Source: Bdellovibrionales bacterium | GTDB lineage: Bacteria > Bdellovibrionota > Bdellovibrionia > Bdellovibrionales > JAMPXM01 | Length of the DNA stretch: 36,196 bases | Assembly: GCA_043716655.1 (NCBI GenBank) | Contig: JAYSYF010000218.1 | Location: 1-36,196 of the forward strand | Reading direction: 5' to 3' | Part shown: piece by piece, positions 24,870 through 33,597 of the stretch | Position numbering within the stretch: position 1 is the first letter of the stretch | Layout: every line of letters starts with the position of its first letter | Translations under genes and position numbers: made by a program | The notes under the pieces: model-generated | Told to the model about the DNA's origin: nothing | Databases searched by the model: none | Seen by the model: only the letters and a program-made list of their open reading frames with translations

Positions 24870-26639
24870 CTACTTAGTGGCTTGTTCATCACTAACAGTC
24901 ATGGCAACCAACTGTTCGAAAGAAATTTCGCCTTTTTTAAGTTTCATCAATCCTGCTTTTCGAAGCGATCGCATTCCGCCTCGAAGCGCGGCTTTCTTAA
25001 TTTCAACCGGACCTTGTCCACCGAGAATTGCGTCGCGCAGCGTATCTGTCATCAACATAACTTCGTACATCGCGACCCGCCCTTTGACGCCCGAACCATT
25101 GCAGTACGCGCAGCCGTTGCCCCGTACTGTTTCGTATGAGTCGACCTCGGCGTCGGGAACGCCAGCTTTAATTAGAACCGCTCGTTCAATTTTCTGCGGC
25201 TCTTTGCAGCGCTCGCAAACTCTTCCAGCAAGACGCTGGGCGAGTACGAGAGAAACTGTAGATGTGATAACGTAGGGTGCAACACCCATATCGAGTAAAC
25301 GAGAAACCGTTCCCGGCGCATCGTTCGTGTGAAGTGTCGACAGAACCAAGTGACCTGTCGAAGCCGCTTTGAAGGCGACCTGTGCTGTGATCAAGTCTCG
25401 AATCTCACCCACCAGAATGACATCGGGATCCTGACGAAGGAACGAACGAAGTGCATCGGCGAAGTCGAAGCCGATCTCGGCATTGACCTGAACCTGGTTA
25501 ATACCGTCGAGGTTGAATTCGACCGGATCTTCCGCCGTCGAAATGTTGATCTGCGGATCGTTCAAAGATTGCAGAGCAGAATACAAAGTAACGGTCTTAC
25601 CGGAACCAGTTGGACCCGTAACCAAAACCAAACCCTGAGGCTCGTTAATTTTCTCTCGGAAGGCGAGCAAGTCGTCTTCTTCGAAACCAAGTTTCGTCAT
25701 GTCGAGCTTCAGGTTTCCTTTGTCGAGAAGTCGCATCACGACTTTTTCTCCGAAAAGCGTCGGCAGAACGCTGACCCGGAAATCGACTTCTTGACCCGCC
25801 GCTGTCTTAACTTTCAATCGACCGTCCTGCGGTTTGCGCCGTTCAGCGATGTCGAGTCGGGACATAATTTTCAATCGACTGACGAGACCGGCGGCTACAC
25901 CTGGTGGCGGCTGAATTTTCTCGTGAAGCAGTCCGTCGATACGGAATCTTACTCGGAAACGTTTCTCGTAGGGCTCGATGTGAATATCTGAAGCTTTCAG
26001 TTTGATCGATTCGGCCAGCATGATGTTAACGAACTTTACGATGGGTCCCGAATCGTTATCTTTATCGAGCGAAAGAGCCTCGAGCGACTGCGTAAAGTTC
26101 AACGCCTCGTCCGAGTTTTCCATCTCGTCGATCATCCTGCCCATATCGCCGCCGGTCCGACGGTAATACTTTTCGATCGCCTTCTGGATGACGTTCTCGG
26201 CAGCGACTACAACTTCGATTTTGCATTTGGTGATAAAACGCAAATCGTCTCTTACAAAAAGGTTCGACGGATCAGAGAATGCGACGACGAGCGTGTCGCC
26301 CGCACGCGAAACCGGAATCACGAGATGCTTTTCGCAAATCTCGCGAGTCACGGCCGCAAGCGCAACTTCGTCAATTTCGAAGTTTTCCAAATCGACCGAC
26401 GGCACGTTGTACTGAGTGCCCAAGAATTCGGCGAGTTGTTTGTCGTTCATGTGACCGAGACGAACGAGCGCCGAAGTTAATCGACCGCCGTTTCGCTTTT
26501 GATCATCGCGCGCTTCAGATAATTGCAACGCCGAAACTTTTCGTTCGAGAACGAGAAGTTCGCCGACGGTTTTTTTCGCGCCTACGCCAGAATTCGAACC
26601 ACCGGCTCCGCCAGCAGATCCACCACCAGAAACAGACAT
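24870..26639 (-). CDS. pilB: Type IV pilus assembly ATPase PilB
   Basis: ASDIHIEP, LDIAERRKPQDGR, GPTGSGKT and tetra-Cys Zn motif. AAGGAG SD precedes ATG 26639. Confidence 0.95.
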   Translation of the reverse strand: MSVSGGGSAGGAGGSNSGVGAKKTVGELLVLERKVSALQLSEARDDQKRNGGRLTSALVRLGHMNDKQLAEFLGTQYNVPSVDLENFEIDEVALAAVTREICEKHLVIPVSRAGDTLVVAFSDPSNLFVRDDLRFITKCKIEVVVAAENVIQKAIEKYYRRTGGDMGRMIDEMENSDEALNFTQSLEALSLDKDNDSGPIVKFVNIMLAESIKLKASDIHIEPYEKRFRVRFRIDGLLHEKIQPPPGVAAGLVSRLKIMSRLDIAERRKPQDGRLKVKTAAGQEVDFRVSVLPTLFGEKVVMRLLDKGNLKLDMTKLGFEEDDLLAFREKINEPQGLVLVTGPTGSGKTVTLYSALQSLNDPQINISTAEDPVEFNLDGINQVQVNAEIGFDFADALRSFLRQDPDVILVGEIRDLITAQVAFKAASTGHLVLSTLHTNDAPGTVSRLLDMGVAPYVITSTVSLVLAQRLAGRVCERCKEPQKIERAVLIKAGVPDAEVDSYETVRGNGCAYCNGSGVKGRVAMYEVMLMTDTLRDAILGGQGPVEIKKAALRGGMRSLRKAGLMKLKKGEISFEQLVAMTVSDEQATK

Positions 26640-26745
26640 GACCACTCCTTGGCCAAAGAGACCCCAAAAACGACACATCGAGCGCTGTCATAGACACAAA
26701 CGCTCGTCTTTTTATTCTATAAAGAATGTTGCCCAGGAGCATCTA

Positions 26746-26762
26746 AGCAAGTCAGCTGCCCA
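26746..26762 (-). promoter_or_regulatory. Putative sigma54 -24/-12 promoter for pilB
   Basis: Minus strand TGGGCAGCTGACTTGCT gives GG-N10-GC with GGCA and TTGCT, about 105 nt upstream of pilB. Confidence 0.5.
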
Positions 26763-26765
26763 GAC

Positions 26766-27659
26766 CTATGACGGGTCCGCAGAGTCCGATTCTGACTTCT
26801 TCCAAGCCTCGTTCAGCCGGCTGGCGATGTACTCGGGCTTTTGTCCAGTCTTCGCAAGCAATTCGGGCACAGAATTGAGCAAATGAGCTTCGCGCCAAGC
26901 TCGAATACCGCTCGGATCGAAAATGAAAGCACCGGCGTCTTTGATTTCTTGGGTCATGCTAAGCTCAACAGTCGAGCCGATCCAATCGATCCACACGCCG
27001 CCTTTTCTCAAAAAATTGAGATACGAAATATCCTCGAGCATTCCGGTGTCATTCGTATCTACGAGGCTTATCGCAATCGCGGCTTCGCTCGGCACCTGAG
27101 TCAGTGTACGCCTCGCGACGGCTTCAATTTCGATTCCGAAAAGTCGACGTCGAAGATACTGGCAGAGTTGTTCTGTTTTACGATCTTCTGTATCGACAAT
27201 CATGAGGCGCTTAAATCCAAGGCGCGACAGACTTGCTGCAATCACTTTCGTTTCTTCGACTGCACCCAAAATGAACGCAGCACCACTGAGGTCGTAACTC
27301 AATTTGCGACCGGCGATTGCAGAAACAAATGCTTGTGGCAGAACTCCAAAGGCACGCGCGGGTTGGCCGGGTTCAATCAAAATCGCATCGGCGTGTCCCA
27401 AGATCGCCACTTCTGTCGCGACTCGTCCTTTTGATCCGAGCCACGTGAGCGCATGGCTATTTGCGCGACCAGAAAGTCGCAAAATCGTATAGGCATCTTT
27501 TGCGTATTCGACGCCGTTTAATTCATCGAGAGTCGCGCAGATTCGCGACGACAAAGGCTGAATCTCACGCACAAGAATTTCTGTTCGCGCGAGTTCGCGA
27601 GCATCGGCGCCGATAGTGATAATGTGAACCGGAACTGGTTGAACGGTCTGCTCTTCCAA
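26766..27659 (-). CDS. Degenerate shikimate-dehydrogenase-like (Rossmann fold) protein
   Basis: AAFILGAVEETKVIAASLSRLGFKRLMIVD aligns by eye with the AroE pattern xLxLGAGGAARAxxxxLxxxGxxxxxIxNR but lacks the Gly-rich motif; lies between ribF and pilB. Confidence 0.55.
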   Translation of the reverse strand: MEEQTVQPVPVHIITIGADARELARTEILVREIQPLSSRICATLDELNGVEYAKDAYTILRLSGRANSHALTWLGSKGRVATEVAILGHADAILIEPGQPARAFGVLPQAFVSAIAGRKLSYDLSGAAFILGAVEETKVIAASLSRLGFKRLMIVDTEDRKTEQLCQYLRRRLFGIEIEAVARRTLTQVPSEAAIAISLVDTNDTGMLEDISYLNFLRKGGVWIDWIGSTVELSMTQEIKDAGAFIFDPSGIRAWREAHLLNSVPELLAKTGQKPEYIASRLNEAWKKSESDSADPS

Positions 27660-27662
27660 AAC

Positions 27663-28697
27663 TCAGACCTCTTTTTTCAGAATTTCGAGTCCGAATGCTA
27701 TGTCTTTTCGAATCTGCGTCACGAGTTCGCCAACGCCCGAAAATTTTCGTTCGTCACGAATCCACGCAACGATTCCGATTTCAATTTTTTCTCCGTACAA
27801 ATCGCCTTCTTTCACACCATCATAGTGGGGAAGATGCGCTTCGACGTGAAGAGTCGACGCTTCAGAACCTTCGAAAGTTGGATTGATTCCGATGTTGACG
27901 AGTGCTTCACGCCGAGTTCCGCGCACGATCGCCATCGCAGCATATACGCCCGGTCGAATTCCAGGTTCAACAGTCGGGTCGATGTTCGCAGTTGGAATCG
28001 AGATCGCTCGTCCTCTGCCTGCGCCCTTTTTAACTATGCCGCGAAGGACGTAAGGTCGGCCGAGCAGAAGTCGAGCTTCGTCCGCACGCCCTGCCGAAAG
28101 TGCTTGTCGAATTCGTGTCGAAGAAACGATCGTCGGTTGCGAATCGATGTCGATCGTAACTGGAGCAATGACCTCGACGTCGAACGGAACACCTGGAGAT
28201 TTCGCATGTGCCAGAAGGAAGTCGATTCCGCCAGCGCGATTGGCTCCGAAACTGAAATCGTAACCAACGATGACGGCTCGTGGCTGGAACGGTCGAATGA
28301 CGTTGTCGATCAGGAACTTTTCGGGTGTTAGCTGTGAAAAACTTCGTGAAAAAGGCTCAACGACGAGAATGTCGACGCCAAGTTTTTCGAGCTGTTCCCG
28401 CCGGTCGTCGGCATCGAAGAGTCGCTTTAGTTTCAGTTCGGGCCTGAGCACCGTTAAGGGGTGTGGTTCGAAGGTAAAAACAACCGCTGGCACGCCCAAA
28501 GACCTCGCTTTAGCGACGGCGCGACGAATGAGCTCCTGATGACCCTTGTGAACCCCATCGAAATTGCCAATCGTCAGCACCGTCGGTGAACCAAACGGCG
28601 ACCCTTTCGAAGCGGTGAAAGCAGCTACGCCCTCGTACGAAACGATCGAATGATTAGAACCGGCGTCTTTCGGGGGCGGATGAAGCGTCATGACCAA
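27663..28697 (-). CDS. ribF: Bifunctional riboflavin kinase / FAD synthetase
   Basis: IGNFDGVHKGH, TFEPHP, VGYDFSFG, VSSTRIR, PTAN, NIGINPTF and IRDERKF. Confidence 0.96.
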   Translation of the reverse strand: MVMTLHPPPKDAGSNHSIVSYEGVAAFTASKGSPFGSPTVLTIGNFDGVHKGHQELIRRAVAKARSLGVPAVVFTFEPHPLTVLRPELKLKRLFDADDRREQLEKLGVDILVVEPFSRSFSQLTPEKFLIDNVIRPFQPRAVIVGYDFSFGANRAGGIDFLLAHAKSPGVPFDVEVIAPVTIDIDSQPTIVSSTRIRQALSAGRADEARLLLGRPYVLRGIVKKGAGRGRAISIPTANIDPTVEPGIRPGVYAAMAIVRGTRREALVNIGINPTFEGSEASTLHVEAHLPHYDGVKEGDLYGEKIEIGIVAWIRDERKFSGVGELVTQIRKDIAFGLEILKKEV

Positions 28698-28748
28698 AAG
28701 ACCCTACCACTCATGGACAAGTGACCCGAGCCTTGCTACATAGCGTTA

Positions 28749-30692
28749 ATGAGCCTGATGCACAAATTCATCGAAGGACAAACCCCGGGCGGCCTTCGGC
28801 GGCGCCTGTGGACCATCGTGCTTCGGCTCTGGAGAAAACGCGGCATCGCGACTCGCGCACTTTTGTGTTGGGCCATCGGCGCAATTCTTATCACGATCGA
28901 TCAAGGCAGCAGTCACGATTTGCGTTACAAATTGCGCGGGCCGCGCCCCGGCTCACTCGATTCGCGTATCGTTGTCATCGACGTCAGCGAAAAAGATTGG
29001 GTCGCGCTCGATCCGCAAATCCGAAATATTCTTCGGCCACTCAAAGAAGTTTCCAGCACAGGCGATGCGCTCTTTTGGAATACGATGTTATGGGAAAAAG
29101 TTCTTTCTCGCGTACTCGCAGATCTTCCACTCGCGGTTGGTGTCACATTTTATTTTGGTGATGGAGTTCGCACGGGCAAAATGGATCAGACCACCCGCGC
29201 ACTTTTCGAAGACCCTCGCGTCGTTTGGGGCGCCGACCTCGACAGCGCCGGTCGCGCACTGATTCCGGTTTTCGCGGCGACCTACAATCGAAACGTCGCG
29301 ATCCGAAGTCTTCGAGTCGACGACGACGGAACTTTAAGACGATATACGCGATCGCTCGTTCAGATTCCTCACATGGGTACACGCCTCGCCGAAATTGCCG
29401 CACTTTCTGAAAAGCCGCGCGCGCAAAGCGAAGGCGAAGTTCGATCGCTCGGAAGCGGTTTCGACTCAGGTCTCGACGCTGGCCGCGGTCCCCTGTTCGA
29501 CGCTCCGATCGAGATCAATTATCTTGGAGCCGCCGGTTCCTTTCCGACGGTTTCAGTTCGCGATCTTCTCGAAAGCCGCGTGCCTCCCGAAGCCTTTCAC
29601 GGAAAAGTCGTGATCATCGGCAACCGCTCAGACGCGAGCGAACTCTATACGACGCCGCTAGGACGAATGAGCCGCGCCGAAGCCATCGCCAACATCACCG
29701 ATAACCAGCTGCGAGGAAAAGAACCGCGTCGAATGGCGCTTTGGATCTCGTTCATTATTTCTGGCCTGCTCGTCGCACTCGCCGTTCTTTTCATTCTTAA
29801 CTACCCACAACCCGTCGTTATCTTCGGCATCGTCTTGGGAGCGCTCGGTTGGCTCTCGCTTTCCGCATGGCTCTTCGACACATTCGCATTTTGGATTCCC
29901 GCGATTGGACCGGTCGTGCAAATTGCCGTGACCTACATTGTGTTCTTGAGCCATCAAGTTTCGGCGAACGAAGCGCGAAATTGGCGGCTCGAGCAGGATC
30001 GCCGAGCGACCGAAGAACTTGAACAGCTCAAAACAAATTTCGTCAGCATGATGAGCCACGATCTTAAGACTCCGATCGCAAAAATTCAGGCGATCTGTGA
30101 CCGTATGCTTTCGCACAACGTGCCGGGCGAAACCGGCGACGATTTGCGCAACCTGCGTCGTTCATCCGAGGACCTGAATCGATACATTCGCAGCATCTTG
30201 CAGGTGACTAAAATTGAAGCTCGCGAGTTCGCAATTTCGCGAGAGCCGCTTGATGTGAATGAATCGATCGAACGCGTACTGAGTCGCTTGCGCCCGCTCG
30301 CTCGCGAAAAGCAGATCGAGATCGATGCGAAGCTCGAACCTCAATTCTCGATTGAAGCCGATCCAACGTTGCTCGACGAGATGATCCACAATCTGGTGGA
30401 AAATGCCGTGAAATACACCCCAGCGGGGGGTCGCGTGACGGTCACTTCGACCGACGATGACCGGTTTGTCGTCGTCACGGTGCAAGACACGGGGCCCGGA
30501 ATTTCAAAAGAGGACCAAAAGCTCGTTTGGAATAAGTTTACACGGGGTCACAAGGCGTTCACCACGGCGAGCGGTTCTGGCCTTGGGCTCTATCTCGTGA
30601 AATACTTTGTTGAACTACACGGTGGCCACGTTTTCCTGCAGAGTACGCCTGGGGCCGGCACGGCAATTGGATTTAAACTTCCGACCGAATAG
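28749..30692 (+). CDS. CHASE2-domain sensor histidine kinase
   Basis: IVVIDV, DDDGTLRR and GKVVIIG (CHASE2), 3 TM, SHDLKTP, NLVENAVKYT, GSGLGL. Confidence 0.9.
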   Translation: MSLMHKFIEGQTPGGLRRRLWTIVLRLWRKRGIATRALLCWAIGAILITIDQGSSHDLRYKLRGPRPGSLDSRIVVIDVSEKDWVALDPQIRNILRPLKEVSSTGDALFWNTMLWEKVLSRVLADLPLAVGVTFYFGDGVRTGKMDQTTRALFEDPRVVWGADLDSAGRALIPVFAATYNRNVAIRSLRVDDDGTLRRYTRSLVQIPHMGTRLAEIAALSEKPRAQSEGEVRSLGSGFDSGLDAGRGPLFDAPIEINYLGAAGSFPTVSVRDLLESRVPPEAFHGKVVIIGNRSDASELYTTPLGRMSRAEAIANITDNQLRGKEPRRMALWISFIISGLLVALAVLFILNYPQPVVIFGIVLGALGWLSLSAWLFDTFAFWIPAIGPVVQIAVTYIVFLSHQVSANEARNWRLEQDRRATEELEQLKTNFVSMMSHDLKTPIAKIQAICDRMLSHNVPGETGDDLRNLRRSSEDLNRYIRSILQVTKIEAREFAISREPLDVNESIERVLSRLRPLAREKQIEIDAKLEPQFSIEADPTLLDEMIHNLVENAVKYTPAGGRVTVTSTDDDRFVVVTVQDTGPGISKEDQKLVWNKFTRGHKAFTTASGSGLGLYLVKYFVELHGGHVFLQSTPGAGTAIGFKLPTE

Positions 30693-30707
30693 TAGAAGGA
30701 ACGGTAC

Positions 30708-32120
30708 ATGAAAAAACGAATTCAGGCCCTGATTGTAGATGATGAAGCGGAACTGCGAAAATCCGTCATCTCGGTCTTGCGCAATTCAATGCCCGATCTC
30801 GAGTTCGATATCGCCGAAGCCGTCGACGGAAAAGACGCGGTCGTAAAGTTTAAGAGCAACGACTGGGACTTGGTGTTGATGGACGTTCGTATGCCTGAGC
30901 TTAGCGGCATCGAGGCACTGCGCCTTATTAAAGCGCACGATCCGCGCACTTTCGTCGTTCTCATGACAGCTCACTCGAATCTGCAAGACGCCGTCGCTGC
31001 AATTAAAGAAGGCGCGTACGACTATCTCGAGAAACCTGTTCAGCCAGACAAACTCGTCGAAATCGTGACTCGAGCGAACGAAGCAAGAGAAATGGTTTCT
31101 CGATTAGCTTTGTCGAATCCGATTTTTGACGAAGACATCGATAGCGAATTCGTCGGCAACTCGAAAAAAATGCGCGACGTTTTTGATCTCATCTCTCGAC
31201 TGTGCAAAGTCGACACGACAGTTTTGATTCGCGGCGAAAACGGAACTGGTAAGGAACTCGTTGCTCGAGCAATCCATTACAATTCCCCACGCAAATCTGG
31301 CGCCATGATCGCTATCAACTGCGGCGCGATTCCAGAAAACCTTATGGAGAGCGAACTTTTCGGTCACGAAAAAGGTTCGTTCACCGGCGCACACGAACGC
31401 AAGATCGGAAAATTTCAGCTCGCAAATAACGGAACGATTTTCTTAGACGAGATCGCCGAGCTTAAACCCGAGATGCAGGTCCGCCTGCTTCGCGTTCTTC
31501 AAGAGAAAAAGTTTATGCCGGTGGGTTCGAACCGCGAGGTAAAAACCGACGCGCGCATTATCGCTGCGACAAATCGTAACCTCGAGAAAATGATCGAAGA
31601 AAGCACGTTCCGCGAAGATCTTTTCTATCGCCTGAACGTCATGCCGATTTTCCTCCCGCCATTACGCGATCGTATCGACGACCTCGGCGAGCTTTCACAG
31701 TACTTCATGAAACGTTTCTCGCGCGCTCATAGCCGCACAATCACCGGCATCACCGACGATGCCATGCAGGTGTTGAAGCGTTACCGATGGCCGGGCAACA
31801 TTCGCGAACTCGAGAACGTCGTCGAGCGCGCCTTCATCGTCGAAAACTCAGACAAGATTACTTTGTCATCGTTGCCTGAGGCCCTGATCACAAAAGCGAA
31901 AGAGAACATGGCTCCGTCGCAATCGGCGCAAATTTCGCCAACGGGTCAAATGGATTACGACGCGTTCAAAGAGCAGGCTGAAAAAGAGTTTATTGTATCG
32001 GCTTTGCGTGCGAACAAAGGCCGTATTAACAAGACTGTCGCGGAAGCAAACATTCCGAAGAACACTCTTCTTCGAAAGATTAAACGATACGAGATCAACG
32101 TGGACGATTTCAAAGACTGA
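30708..32120 (+). CDS. Sigma54-dependent response regulator (NtrC family)
   Basis: REC (LMDVRMP), GENGTGKE, GSFTGA, FREDLFYRL and HTH; AAGGA SD. Confidence 0.93.
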   Translation: MKKRIQALIVDDEAELRKSVISVLRNSMPDLEFDIAEAVDGKDAVVKFKSNDWDLVLMDVRMPELSGIEALRLIKAHDPRTFVVLMTAHSNLQDAVAAIKEGAYDYLEKPVQPDKLVEIVTRANEAREMVSRLALSNPIFDEDIDSEFVGNSKKMRDVFDLISRLCKVDTTVLIRGENGTGKELVARAIHYNSPRKSGAMIAINCGAIPENLMESELFGHEKGSFTGAHERKIGKFQLANNGTIFLDEIAELKPEMQVRLLRVLQEKKFMPVGSNREVKTDARIIAATNRNLEKMIEESTFREDLFYRLNVMPIFLPPLRDRIDDLGELSQYFMKRFSRAHSRTITGITDDAMQVLKRYRWPGNIRELENVVERAFIVENSDKITLSSLPEALITKAKENMAPSQSAQISPTGQMDYDAFKEQAEKEFIVSALRANKGRINKTVAEANIPKNTLLRKIKRYEINVDDFKD

Positions 32121-32218
32121 AGCCCCTTCCGAAAAGGCGGGCCTAATACCGCATCCTGCGGGGCGTGCGAGCTTTTCTCCAGGGTCTTCAATCTTTAAAA
32201 TCGGACTCGGGTATCGTG

Positions 32219-32423
32219 AGCTTCTGAGATTTCTCAGAAGCTTTGGTTCGGGACACCTACCATCGTTCACACTTGGTTGTGATTAATAGCTTCGTTAGCC
32301 GATGCCTCTGGTTTAAAAAACTACCCTCGTTCACACTTGGTCGCGCGCAATCGGCATAGTCAGCCGATGCCCCTGGTTTAAAAACTACCATCGGTCACAC
32401 TTGCCCTCGCTTTCGCGAGAGGC
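32219..32423. repeat. Intergenic array with 64-bp period: conserved cores alternating with hairpins
   Basis: CTACC(A/C)TCG(T/G)TCACACTTG starts at 32257, 32321 and 32385. AGCCGATGCC(T/C)CTGGTTTAAAAA precedes copies 2 and 3. Perfect 11-bp inverted repeat at 32219-32242. Confidence 0.88.
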
Positions 32424-32446
32424 TTGCCATCGCGCAGCTCTGGCGG

Positions 32447-33586
32447 TCAGATTTTAATTAGCGATTGGACCTGGGCCCACACTTTTTCGGCGTCGGTCAT
32501 TTTCATGCAGATGTGGGTTCCGATGGGGCAGACTTGTGAGCCGTGGAGGCCGCAGGGGCGGCACTCGAGCGGGCCCGGTTCAATGACTTTTGCTTTGTTG
32601 GTCCATGGGCGATAGCCGAAATCCAGGATTGTTGGGCCGAAGACGGCGACGACTGGTGTATCGGTCACAGCCGCTAAGTGCATGGCGCCAGAATCGTTCA
32701 CCACTGCAATTTCAGATTTCGCCATTTGATGTGCCGTCTCGAGCAACGACGTCTCGCCGGCTGTGGAAATCGCGCCTTCGCCAATTTTCATTGCGATTTC
32801 TTGGCAGAGTTCCGCTTCTTCTTTTGTCCCGGCGACCGTCACGCCCCGACCCGATTCGATAAATTTTCTGCCGATGTCGATGAAACCTTCGCGGGTCCAC
32901 TGTTTGGTTTTCCAAACGGATCCCGGAGTTAGAATCGCGATCCTCTCGCGCTTTTCTCGTGCGAGACTATCGACCTTCATCGAAGCCCAATCCGGAATTT
33001 GCATAAGCCCACCAGAAGAATCACGGCCACCTGGCAAACCTTGTGCACTTGCGAATTCGCCGATTCGGCCCTGCCAAAGAGAAGATTCCGTGAACGTTTC
33101 GCCCTGAAGAAGTGCGAGCTGTCGAATGGGTTCGGGCAACTCCATGGGCCGCGCAACACGATCGGAATACGCCGCCAAACTTGGCCCCTGAACAAAACCG
33201 CGGTCGCCGTATCCGACTGTTGCGGTCGCCTCGCCTTTGAGGCGCATTCCAAGTGCAAACATTTTCGAGCGCGGAGATTCATGCGGGCTCAGCAGAACTC
33301 GAACATCAGAGTCTGCCCACCAAATATTCAGATTCTCCTGCGCTTCGCGATACGAAGTGCTCTCGCCTTTTTCAATCTCGATGACCGTTTCAAATAGTCG
33401 AGTCGCAAGAAAAAAGCCCGAGTAGCCCTTACGGCAAATCAATGCGAGGCGATTGCCCCGATTGCTCAAGTACTTTGCAAGTGGAATTGTGAGTAGTGTG
33501 TCGCCAAGAAATGCAGTTTGTAGAATCGCAATTTGCCGCGATTGATTACGCTCTGATTTTTTATTCGAACGCGACGGTGCCGCCAT
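32447..33586 (-). CDS. Glycosyltransferase family 9 (LPS heptosyltransferase-like)
   Basis: AFLGDTLL, PGSVWKTKQW, NDSGAMHLAA, VFGPT and CRPC...C...C. Confidence 0.9.
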   Translation of the reverse strand: MAAPSRSNKKSERNQSRQIAILQTAFLGDTLLTIPLAKYLSNRGNRLALICRKGYSGFFLATRLFETVIEIEKGESTSYREAQENLNIWWADSDVRVLLSPHESPRSKMFALGMRLKGEATATVGYGDRGFVQGPSLAAYSDRVARPMELPEPIRQLALLQGETFTESSLWQGRIGEFASAQGLPGGRDSSGGLMQIPDWASMKVDSLAREKRERIAILTPGSVWKTKQWTREGFIDIGRKFIESGRGVTVAGTKEEAELCQEIAMKIGEGAISTAGETSLLETAHQMAKSEIAVVNDSGAMHLAAVTDTPVVAVFGPTILDFGYRPWTNKAKVIEPGPLECRPCGLHGSQVCPIGTHICMKMTDAEKVWAQVQSLIKI

Positions 33587-33597
33587 GACTCAAATGA

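Noticed and set aside
20075-28331. Long plus-strand ORFs at 20075, 25329, 26841 and 27624
   Set aside because: Antisense shadows of pilR, pilB, the aroE-like gene and ribF.
28721-29161. 146-aa alternative-frame ORF over the CHASE2 kinase
   Set aside because: Same-strand overlap with a well-supported gene; Arg-rich with no motifs.
32121-32145. Rho-independent terminator after the NtrC-family gene
   Set aside because: The stem is imperfect and has no adjacent U tract.
32257-32403. CRISPR array call
   Set aside because: Only three degenerate units, inserts shorter than the repeat and partly complementary to it, no leader or cas genes. Kept as an unexplained repeat.
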